The position numbers were made by a program, and so were the translations under genes. Shown here in pieces: positions 44,892 through 55,348 of a DNA stretch of 64,000 nucleotides. Origin of the DNA: a virus. The notes below the pieces were generated by a model. It did no database searches. It saw nothing but the letters and a program-made list of their open reading frames with translations, and was not told the DNA's origin. The DNA lies in IMG/VR virus record IMGVR_UViG_3300002494_000025, positions 32,001 through 96,000 of that record; one strand, given 5' to 3'. Every line of letters begins with the position of its first letter. The first letter of the stretch is position 1.

Positions 44892-45290
44892 ATGATTATG
44901 TCCGATTTTGTAACTTTGTTGTTGACATTCTTAGGTGGGTTTCTATCGACATGGTTTGTCCAAGTCATAATGATAAAATTTTATCCCAAAGCAACATCCT
45001 GGGTTGCAGAAAATGTTACAAATACTTTTGTGAAACAGTTTGGTGATAAAGGTTAGAACGAGATTGTTAATTATATGGGATTGTTCTTTATCAAGTCAGG
45101 TGTTAAACTCATATCCCAAATCCCAGATAGTGAACTTGTTAACTCGTATGTCAAACAGTTGACAGAAATATCTGACAAACTCCAAGATAGTATGGTACAG
45201 AAACAATATATACCCGAATCAGATAAACAGTATCTGAATGAAATTAAAGTTAAAGAAACAGACACAACAAACACACCGTCGGATTTCTAA
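44892..45290 (+). CDS. Membrane protein (holin-like candidate); one internal TAG
   Basis: GGGGGG RBS, M-I-M start, hydrophobic FVTLLLTFLGGFLSTWFVQVIM segment, TAG at 45054. Confidence 0.5.
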
Positions 45291-45345
45291 GATCCAAATT
45301 TAAAAGTAATAAAAACAACTATATTAATCTGGAGGTGTATTACGT

Positions 45346-46194
45346 ATGGAAAAAGTAGAAACCGGGGGTAAAAATAGTGGTAAGAAGGTATTATATATAA
45401 CTATACCCGCATATGATGGTAGTATCAACTCATTTTTGGCAATAGAGTTGGTAAAAGCCAAACAATTGATATATACGGATGATAAGTACAAAGATATTGA
45501 TTTACAAATTGAAATCTTAAATTTTGAAAGTCTTGTAACCAGAGCCAGAAACACACTTTTACGTTCATTCTTGGATCATACGGAAGGATATGATGATGCA
45601 GTATGGTTTAGTATCGACAATGATATTGTGTTATCGGCAAATGATATATTGGATATATATGACAAAGTACAGAAGTATAGAGTAATGACATATCCTTATC
45701 GTATTAAAACAAATGACATATTCAAGATAGTTGTGACTGGTTTCAAATACTTCCCGGAAAAATTCATGGATACAAATGAACCCGACTGGGATAAGACAAG
45801 AATCGGTATAGTAGAACATGCAGGAACTGGACTTATGGCACTTCACAAATCTGTCGTCTTGAGACTTGTAGAATGGGCAAAACAAAATAATTTGTATTAT
45901 TACGACGACAATGGAAAAGAATTTTATGACGTTTTTAAAACTGAAGTTGGTGTGATTGAAACACGTAATACAAGAACGTTGTTGTCTGAAGATTGGTATG
46001 TTTGTCATGTTCTTGATAAAATACTCAATCAACCAATATACCTGGATTTATATGTTACATCACACCACATCACTAAAAACTTCTTTTTTACATATACACC
46101 ACAATTGTTGTATCAAGTTCTTTTAAATAAAACTGATGTAAATATGAATCAAGTTGTCAACAATGAACAGGAAATGACGGGTGTGGTGAAATGA
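45346..46194 (+). CDS. GT-A fold (GT2-like) glycosyltransferase
   Basis: SLVTRARN, IDND (DxD), AGTGLMAL and LSEDWYVC motifs. Confidence 0.7.
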   Translation: MEKVETGGKNSGKKVLYITIPAYDGSINSFLAIELVKAKQLIYTDDKYKDIDLQIEILNFESLVTRARNTLLRSFLDHTEGYDDAVWFSIDNDIVLSANDILDIYDKVQKYRVMTYPYRIKTNDIFKIVVTGFKYFPEKFMDTNEPDWDKTRIGIVEHAGTGLMALHKSVVLRLVEWAKQNNLYYYDDNGKEFYDVFKTEVGVIETRNTRTLLSEDWYVCHVLDKILNQPIYLDLYVTSHHITKNFFFTYTPQLLYQVLLNKTDVNMNQVVNNEQEMTGVVK

Positions 46195-46697
46195 AAAATA
46201 GTTTACCATTCTATCTACCAACAATCCGATTAGATTACGATGAAGATAGTTTTGAAAAACTAATGAAAAATGTTGAAAAAATTTTTAGAAACTCCAAATA
46301 TTACAATTTATGGGTATCAATGCAACGTGAAAAAAAATTGAAATGTATTGTTTCTGGTATCGGATTTGATGATGGTGGAGATATAGAATTACATCACTAT
46401 CCATATACACTATTTAGTATTACAAGACGTATATAGATAGATTTAATCAACAAAGAACCAACTACAAGTTTGTTTGTAATTTAGCATTATCTGTAGTATA
46501 TACATGTTATTGATGTTGTACTGTATGTCCCATTGTTGAAAAGTTATCATAGGTTATGGCATGAGAATCCGTGGGAGATTGAACATGAAAAAGTTATTAA
46601 TCATGAATTGATTCCCGTGTGGAATACATTCATGATGAGGAAGTTGGATTTGGATGGATTTTTGTATGAGGTTAAACAAATCAAAAATTCTGAATAA
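46191..46697 (+). CDS. Conserved large-phage protein with HNH-like His pattern; TAG-recoded
   Basis: IELHHYPYTL..VPLLKSYHRLWH. Open across 3 TAGs to TAA at 46695. Confidence 0.55.
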
Positions 46698-46708
46698 AAA
46701 AAAAAATA

Positions 46709-46740
46709 TAAGGGTAGGTTCATTTTTAACCTACCCTTAT
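46709..46740. terminator. Bidirectional intrinsic terminator
   Basis: taagggtaggtt..aacctaccctta with flanking A/T runs. Confidence 0.8.
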
Positions 46741-46753
46741 TTTTTTATCTATT

Positions 46754-47743
46754 TTATTTATTTTGGTTGTCTAAATTTATATCTAACTGATTTATAAATT
46801 GTTCATCCATTATTTCATCAATTATACCATCACTGTTTAAGTCCTCAAACTTTATGACTGTTTCGGCATTGGGGGTAAAGTATTTTCGGAAGTATATTCT
46901 ACTGATGTTGTCTAAGTACTTTGTCAATTTTAAAACATCATTTATTGACATTACCTTTTTTGTGTATTTTCTTTTATATTTAAAAATATGTTTAAATGAC
47001 AAAATTATAAATTTATTGATTGTTAACAGAGTGGTAATTACATATTCACTATCATGTTCAGTGACACTTGTAAGATACCGTGAATATAGCGTTTTAATGA
47101 AATGTATAAAATTTTGTGAGTCGTTGATTTCAAACTGTTCTAAATCATTCATAAGTTGGAATAACGTTTTTCTATCTTTATTTATATTATCAAATTTATA
47201 TAACTGGAGGTAATTATGTTTTTCGTCATCTATTGTTATGTATGTAGAAGGAATACTTGTTACTTTATTGGTTGAATCGTTATGTGTCACAATGATATCT
47301 ATGAGTTCGTCATGTTCGATATCATCGTTGTCTTTTTGTGTTTGTGATAATGAATAAAATGATACTACATAGTTTGTTTCTTTTACAAGATTCTATATTT
47401 TGTATTTAATTATATTTTCTGCAATCTATGTTAGGTATGAAAACAGGTTTTTATTTTTGTTGAATCTTGTTAGCTAACTTAGTTGATTTGTTAAAATATC
47501 ACTTCTTAGTTCTTCTCTCAATTCATATTCGTAAGTTTTATCTACAACCAAATTATATTTGTTCATGTAGTATGGTAATTTTTTGTTTAGTACACCCTCA
47601 TTCAATTGTTGTATATATTTCAACTACTTTTCTTTTTTGGATTTATCATTACTAAACCACAATGACACGATGTACTATTCATTAAAGTAATAATTTTCTC
47701 TATAACTTTTTTTATCATTTTTGTTTTTGTTATCAATACTCAT
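46754..47743 (-). CDS. Putative late-transcription sigma-like factor (gp55-like); TAG-recoded
   Basis: GGGGGTG RBS. NYYFNE near the N-terminus and RFNKNKNLFSYLT*IAEN resembling sigma region 2 of gp55-type factors. 5 TAGs in the 5' half. Confidence 0.5.
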
Positions 47744-47961
47744 CAATAAAACACCCCCATTTCGATTTTTTTTTATATATATGTTACCTTCCTTTAATAA
47801 TATGTTGAACTTTACAATTTTCATTAACGAAATGATACTAAATGTTGATGAGTGAATCGATATGAAAAAAGCCCACCAGTATACACACTGGTGGGTTGTG
47901 ATATTAATGTTTATTCAATTATCAATTGGTAAATATCCCCCGAACCCCCACGGACTTATGC

Positions 47962-48414
47962 TTATTCAAGGATTATTGTTTTCTGTCTTTTCGATTCCTT
48001 TTCATCTGGTTTTTCAAAGTATAATGTAAGTTCAACGTATCCATCCTTTTTTGTAGCTTCATGTTTGATAACTTTACCTGGGAGTATTACATATCTTTCC
48101 TCATCTACACTGATATCATTCCATTCTTTGTGATATACATATACATTTTCACTATCACTATCTTTTATATTTATATTGTGTTTAAATGTTAACTTTTGAA
48201 TATCATTAACATCTTCCAGATAGATTTTTACATCCTGTGGTATTATTTTGAATTTCCAAGTATAATCATCGAGTTTGTAAATATTGAATTTAATATGTTT
48301 ACTATTATCCAAGGACATTTCAACAAACTCTGTCATAGGTCTGTCATCAATCATAAAATCGATGATATCAGTGTAGTTTTTCAATAAATCGTGAATATGT
48401 TTTTTAATATACAT
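47962..48414 (-). CDS. Small heat-shock protein (HSP20-like)
   Basis: C-terminal EATKKDGYVELTL and IxI-like TIIL tail. Confidence 0.55.
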   Translation of the reverse strand: MYIKKHIHDLLKNYTDIIDFMIDDRPMTEFVEMSLDNSKHIKFNIYKLDDYTWKFKIIPQDVKIYLEDVNDIQKLTFKHNINIKDSDSENVYVYHKEWNDISVDEERYVILPGKVIKHEATKKDGYVELTLYFEKPDEKESKRQKTIILE

Positions 48415-48465
48415 AACACACCACCTCCATATAATAATATGTTTAGATTTGCAATTTTATTTGTA

Positions 48466-50577
48466 TCACAAGATATCAATATTATCATCGGTGAATTCTT
48501 CATCTAAAAACACACCATACTATACTTGTATTATGTAAATTGATTGGTTTGTTTGTTCATATTGTTGTATGTATTTTTCGGATTTTTTAACTTTCTATAA
48601 TATCTCTTTTAGTTCGAATTGTATACGTTCTTTTATCTATGACACATCAAATTTATATGTTTTGATACGTGTTGTAACATCGATAACATCGGGTATTTGT
48701 TTAACATTTTCAAGTTGATGTGACTAAGTATCGTACATATCTTTCAAAAATGAACGGATGATTGATAAATCAAATTTATAATCCTTATATTGTTCCGAAA
48801 GTTTTTTAACTAAATTGATTCTATTATCTTTTGTGAATTTAATATCTATTGGTAGTTCTAATTGTTTTAACATTTCAATTCTTTCTTCACTAAATTCTTT
48901 TAATAGGTCTTTTACAATATTGTGCATGTTTTTGTTAATCAATGAAAATTTATCACGGTCGACAAGTTTTACCAATTCATCTGAATTTCCTGTTAGTTTT
49001 CTTAGCACAACACCCTCGATTTCTTGTTGTTTTTCATCTGTGATGATATCGTTGACATACTATATTAAAATATCTTTGATATTCAACATATAGTTACTTC
49101 TAACATAGTTCTATAACATCTCCCGGAGTTCTTTTATTTGTTGTCTATATTCTTTTGGAACTCTGTTTAATTTTATTGTTATCTATTCAAAAACTGTTAA
49201 ATCCTTAAATTGGGTAGGAACTGATATATCAGGTATCTCACTTAGTTTTTTGTTCAAGAATTGTTTCAATTCATTGAGGTGTTTTTCAATTTCAGTTTTA
49301 ACTTTAGAGAGGTATTTGTTAATATCGAAATACTCCACAGTATCAACAGACCAAGTTTCAGAGATTTGTTTCTATACAATATCATCATTTTCAAGATCTG
49401 GTACATACTATGTTACGTTCACTGTTATTGGTTCAGTTGATTTAAGTTCTTCATACAGTGATAATAAATCCTTATCAAGTTCATTAATATCGATGTTACT
49501 ATCTGTAAATCGTGGGAGTGGTCTTAAATAGATTGTTTTTGATGTTGAACTATTGTATTTTATTGTGTTTGTGTATAACGTTGATACCAATTCACACTCC
49601 CATTCGATTTGTTTACCATAATATTTGTTAAGATATTTGTCAAAAATATTTTTATATTTTTGATACAATGTAGTAACAAACTATGTCTAACTTCTAATGG
49701 CGTTATACTGTGGGATTTTAGGTATTTCTTTCCAGTTATACCATGGTATCTATTTACCTCCGAACGATTTACGACGGATTGTATATATTTGTCCATTTGT
49801 ATCGATACCGAAGGAAAGGTTCTAAACACCATCGATTTTGATTGATGTTAATAATGGTTCAGTTTCATACAGTATCTATTCAATATAGTCAATGAATTCA
49901 TTTACTGGGATATCTTCAATATGTGAAATTTCAGTTAATAACTATTCTGACACATTCTATTTAGATACATTTCTTTTTGGTTTTGGTGTGAATATATCAT
50001 CACCATATTCTTGTTTTAGGAAGTTAACATACTCTACAATGAGATCAAACAATTGAAGGACTGGTGTTGCAAGTAATTGTTTCTATGTTTCATAATCACC
50101 ATTAAAGAGTGCATTTCTCAGTTTTGTCTAAGAGATTTCATCGTCTGATTCAACATTTCTTGGAAGTTCTTCAACTTTAATTTTGTCACTAAGATTTACA
50201 CGTTTTAATTGTCCTTCATATGTTTGTTTTCTATCAGTTCCACAGTAAACCTTTACGATTTCAATGTCATCATATTTATTCTTTATGTATTCGCTAATAT
50301 TTGGTATATATCCAACATTGAATACTTCAACGATCTAACTTTTATTGTATTTATGTTTTAAATCGTTTATGATAGCTTTAATAAATAGTGTTCTAAGTTC
50401 CTAGTCAAATGGATTTTTGTAGACATCTTGACTTGTTTTACTACCCTATATTATCTATACAATGACAACATCTATATCATTATCTCGGAATGCAACTTCC
50501 AGTAATTTTTGATGCTATTTTGTAACACCTTGGAATCTACCAAGTATTAGTCCACCTCTAAATATTTTTTTATCCAT
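48466..50577 (-). CDS. Fusion of an HxGH-type (cytidylyl/NMN adenylyl) nucleotidyltransferase-like domain and a ligase-like KxDG domain; TAG-recoded
   Basis: N-terminal GRFQGVTK*H, NPF, CGTDR and IS*TKLRNAL, then SHIED, KIDG and EIEGVVLR. One frame to TGA at 48466. Confidence 0.65.
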
Positions 50578-50614
50578 TTATTGACACCACCTTGATATTA
50601 ATTAATTGATTGTT

Positions 50615-52237
50615 TCAAATTTTCAAAATCCAATCATAGTCATTATTGGTTATGTTTTCAGTCTCATTATTTACTTCTTGTTGTTTGTTTTTATTAATGA
50701 TTTTTTTACTCTCTTTTAAGTTTATTCTGAGTATTGTGTTTTCAATATGTTCAAATGTCTATTTTAAATTAATCCGATTTTGTTCAATCAACTGATTTCT
50801 CTAATAATATGCAAATGACAACTACATTACAAGGTCGTCATTATATCCATGTTTTGCTTGTGGTTTACCACCACGGTATACAAAGACTAGTAACTCACTT
50901 ATAATTCTTTCACTTCTGATATTTTCTGGAAATTCAGTAACGTATTCCTTCATCTATTTCAATATTAATGGTCGGGTAATTGCAGTAGTAATGATACCGT
51001 ATGTACGAGTTTGGGATCGTTTTTCGAGATCTTGTGTGTTGATTTTCTATTCTTCTTTTGTACTGGAGATGTATTTGTCGATGAACAAATTTGAATAACC
51101 TTTTTCACGTAGACGTCTTGCAACCTATAATCCCCATCCACCGGTAACTTCTATCTATATCGACTATGTGTTGTAATATTTACCAATCTCTATTAATACA
51201 TCCTAATATTCAACATCTGATATATGTTTACTTGTAAAATCCTATACAACTTTACCATCTTCGTCAATTACAACGAACTAAGACTAGTCATTTGACATTC
51301 CAGAAGCAACGTCTACGCCTATGATATACTATTTATTTTCCTTCACTTCTTCATACATATAAACTTCCCAACCGTTAATTTCAAATGAACTTATTGGTTT
51401 TTGTTGTGACTTTTGTAATTTTTCTAGTGTTACAGAATCCAAGTATGTGTCATTAGATGAAATGAAATGTAACTCTAATTCTTGCATTATTGCAAGATGG
51501 TCATTACCAAGTATTTCACATTGTTGTTTGTACCATGTATCGTCATAATACGGAATATCTCTCCAGTGGAATCTGAACAATGTATATGGTGGGTTATCTG
51601 AATTTATCTACTATTCATAATATCTATAGTAATCATTATCCACACCATTGGGTGTTGAATTGAGGATAATACCCCATGGAATACCAGAATTCTATATCGT
51701 AGCAAGTGTTGGTGCTAACTATTTTAACTATTCTTCAAGATTTGGGACAAACTACTACTCATCTACAATAACAGTTGACAATCTAAAAGAACGAAACGGG
51801 TTATTCGTATTACCCTATCGGATTACACTACCGTTAGAAAAATGGAGAGACTTTTTAAGAGGTCTCTCCAACTTAGGTAACCATGAAATTTTTGATAATT
51901 CGGAAATCTCATACATTTCTTTTATGTCTTGTAAGAATTGGTTTGCTTTATCTTGTTCAATTGATAAGATACCGATATAGTATCTACTATAAAACAACTA
52001 CAACCACAGTGATAATGCTTGTAATGTAGTGGACATACCTGTTTGTCGTGATTTTAACACCAACATCTTATGTTTTTCCAACCATAGTCGAATAAATTCT
52101 TTTTGTTTTTCAAACATTTTAAATGGTACAACACCCATTCTTTGATTAAAAATTTTTATATAATTTTCAATAAAATAAATGGGGTCTGTTTTACATTTTA
52201 AATATTCTTGTATGTTATCGAGTTTTGTATTTTCCAT
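50615..52237 (-). CDS. terL: Terminase large subunit (T4 gp17-like); about 22 in-frame TAGs
   Basis: KSRQTGMST, IVDE**F, STPNG, GVDVASG and DDLVM*L. Single frame to TGA at 50615. Confidence 0.92.
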
Positions 52238-52249
52238 TCGACATACCCC

Positions 52250-52663
52250 TCAATCAAAACGTATAACTACAAACATCTCTTCCGGTTCTAAAATTATCTG
52301 TGAGGTAAATTCATATGTTTGATATTTAGTTGTTTCTTTTAACATGTTAATATTCTCTTTATCCCGATATATTGTTATCGTTGGTATATGTTTAGATAGA
52401 TAGTTAAACAAATCAATTAGTGACTGTTCAACTTCACTTTCACTTATATTAGTTGATTTTAATATTCTATTGAGAAACTATTCAGATGTAAGAAACTTTC
52501 TAATTTTTAAAGGTAGAGTAATAGACCAAAATTGTGTTGTAAACAAAACTGATACTGATATAATGTGATAATGTAACAAAATTTTAATAAGTGTGGATAA
52601 AAAAATCTCATAATTTGGTAGGTTGTTCATTTGTATACTGATGTGGACGATTTTTTTCAACAT
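52250..52663 (-). CDS. Hypothetical protein; one internal TAG
   Basis: Reads through TAG at 52478 to TGA at 52250, immediately upstream of terL. Confidence 0.5.
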
Positions 52664-52697
52664 CTCAAAACCATTCCTCTATTAGTATAATGTTTGA

Positions 52698-53060
52698 TTA
52701 TTCAAATTGTATTTCAAGTCTATTTGTCTAATAATGTTTAAGACTAACTGTTTGATTGTTGTTTGAAACGTCAGGAAGTTTAATATTGTTATTCATAATC
52801 TGTTGAATAAATTCTTTTAATAATTGTTTCATATCTTTATCAATTACATTGTTTGATAGATCTACAAGTTTGTGAAAGTCAAATGTTCCCAAATCTCTTA
52901 CTGTTGTGTATGTTGTTCTTTTACCGGTTCTTGGGTCCTCCATATATGAATAGAATTTTACTTCAAACAAAATATTTGTTGTTGGCCGACCTATTGAATC
53001 GTACGTAATCTTTGGTTTTATTTTTATCTCTTTAACTTCAATAAGATTAATTTTGTCCAT
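52698..53060 (-). CDS. Hypothetical protein; TAG near the C-terminus
   Basis: GGTGGTG RBS. TAG at 52728 followed by TAA at 52698. Confidence 0.55.
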
Positions 53061-53123
53061 TAATACTCACCACCTTGTTATAATGAACATAATTTAGATA
53101 AATTGTTATTTGCATGATTGCGA

Positions 53124-53597
53124 TTAATTGTTTGTATCTATTGTATCTACAGATTTTCTTTTTCTTTTGTTTGTAGTTTGTTGTTCAGATTGTTTTTCTT
53201 TAGTTGTTTCTGTTGTTTCTGTGGTGGGTATTGATTCAGATTGTATTTCAGTGTTGTTAACATTAGATTCAACTGATAGTTCAACGTTTTCTTTAACGGG
53301 TTCTTGTGATTCAGACTGAGGTTCTACTGTTTCAATCACTTCTGTAGTTGTTGGTTCATGATTTTCCTCTGTTTCCACTTTTTCAACCTCGGGTTCAGAT
53401 GGTATTTCTGTAGTGGGTGTTGATTCTACAGATTGGACTGTTGTTGTAAGTAGTTCAAATGCTTCGGGTTTCATTTTATATACGGTCTCATCGATTTCGT
53501 ACTGTTGATTTGCAAAAAATACTAAAACTTTAAACAATCCTTCATCGTTGTAAAATATTTGTGTGTTTTTAGTACACAACACCTTAACATTTGCCAT
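53124..53597 (-). CDS. Hypothetical Glu/Thr/Pro-rich protein
   Basis: GGGGGG RBS and a low-complexity acidic C-terminal half. Confidence 0.65.
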   Translation of the reverse strand: MANVKVLCTKNTQIFYNDEGLFKVLVFFANQQYEIDETVYKMKPEAFELLTTTVQSVESTPTTEIPSEPEVEKVETEENHEPTTTEVIETVEPQSESQEPVKENVELSVESNVNNTEIQSESIPTTETTETTKEKQSEQQTTNKRKRKSVDTIDTNN

Positions 53598-53686
53598 ACT
53601 TGATTACCCCCCATCTTATGAATGTTTTAGTTTAGACATTGATATTTACATATTTTTAAGTTTGTTTTAAATTTGACATTGTGGGT

Positions 53687-54073
53687 TTAAAAAATTACTT
53701 TGTTGAAGTTATTACTTTTAGATACACGTTCGTTTTTGATATCATAATAAATAAACTTACTATCATTAGGATTGGGTTTTTCAACACCAAAAACATAGAA
53801 ATATATATTATCAGAATAGTCGTTTATATTGACACGGTGACGCTTCTAATATTTAAAATTATCACCATGAATTATAGTGAATGGAAAATCAACTGGTCGA
53901 CGATTGTAATAGAAAAATCTCACAATTAAAGACAGACTGTCTCTTTGTGTTAACCAGTATTTTGACAGAAAGTCATCAAGTTCATGAAAGTTTTTGAAAA
54001 TGAATACAAGGTTCTCCTTATCATTTGTTAAATTTGTCTTTACGATAAATTCAACTTTTTCCATGTAAACCAC
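53687..54073 (-). CDS. Hypothetical protein; one internal TAG
   Basis: Continues past TAG at 53846 to TAA at 53687. Confidence 0.55.
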
Positions 54074-54083
54074 ATACCCCCTA

Positions 54084-54713
54084 TCAATATTTTTGGTTAC
54101 TATCCTGGTTATTGATTTTTTCTAAATATTCAAAAACATCCTCACTGTTAGAAAAATCATATGTTTTATTATATACTTCATTTTCGTCAATATATGTATT
54201 ATTTTCAATTGTAGTCATAGTATTACCAACAAGACCAGTAGATTTGATTTGTTTGTAACCATTTATTAACATTCGTCTCAATAAAGTATCAAAGTCGGTC
54301 TCCAGATTTTCATTTTCGTTTAGAATATCATCTACGACTGTCTTATTTATCACAGTATCATTTGATTGTGTATTTGTAAGTATATATTCGAATAAAATTT
54401 TTAGGTATGTATCATTAAGAACATATAAAACCATAGATTCATTAACTCCATCGAATACAACCTTGGTAAAATGTGAGGAATCCTATTCATCAACACTGTC
54501 CTCACAGTAGTTGTATTTATTTAGTATACTAGTGTCAACCGTGTGTGATTGTATGAATGAATTAATTATGTTAATTAAATTGGGATGTCCAATTATCTAT
54601 TTGTATGTATCCAAAAATTTAAACACAGACTTTTTTAAATTTGTTACATTTTGTAAATACATTTGTTTAATTATATTACACATTGTCTGTATAAATGTAT
54701 TATCTGGTGACAT
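54084..54713 (-). CDS. Hypothetical protein; TAG-recoded
   Basis: AGGTGGG RBS before ATG at 54713. Two TAGs lie upstream of the ORF-track piece. Confidence 0.55.
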
Positions 54714-54826
54714 TCCTATATCCCACCTTTCGATTTTGTCAATAGTTTAAACACATTATTAAGTTTATTGTTTTTTAACTGATATTAACATTAACCAAAC
54801 TTATAAACAGGTGGTGATGTATAATT

Positions 54827-55318
54827 ATGGCTTTAATTGAAAATATTATTAGTCGGTACAAAACACAGACACTTGAGAATGCAAATAAAAATGTATTATA
54901 CGATTTTCAGGTGGAGATTGATCCCCCACCCTCAAATAAGGTATCTAAAGATATAACAAATTATGTCATATCGATATCTTCCATACCGTCATATTCACTA
55001 AATATGGATAACATAAACATTGGTGGACTATTTGAATTTGTTTTTCCAAAATCTTTGACTGTTACAGGAACATTATCACTTACGATTTTAGATTCACATA
55101 GTTACGATTTCTATAAAAATTATGTATACGATTGTTTCATCAACCAAAAAATTTTTACAATTACTCTTATGATAACAAATTTGGGAAGATATGTGTTTTA
55201 TGGATAGAAAATTTTGAAAATACCAGATCTGTCATTTGAATTGGTTGGTAACGGTCCAAGTCCTCTGCAATATACACTTGATATAGATTACAACAGGTTT
55301 ACCTTTTCGTTTGAATAA
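54827..55318 (+). CDS. Tail-tube-fold protein 7; one TAG
   Basis: DFQVEI..SIPSYSL..LSLTILDS..YVFYG*KI..LDIDY. Stop TAA at 55316. Confidence 0.6.
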
Positions 55319-55348
55319 TAATTTAATACTGTCAACGAGGTGAGGTTG

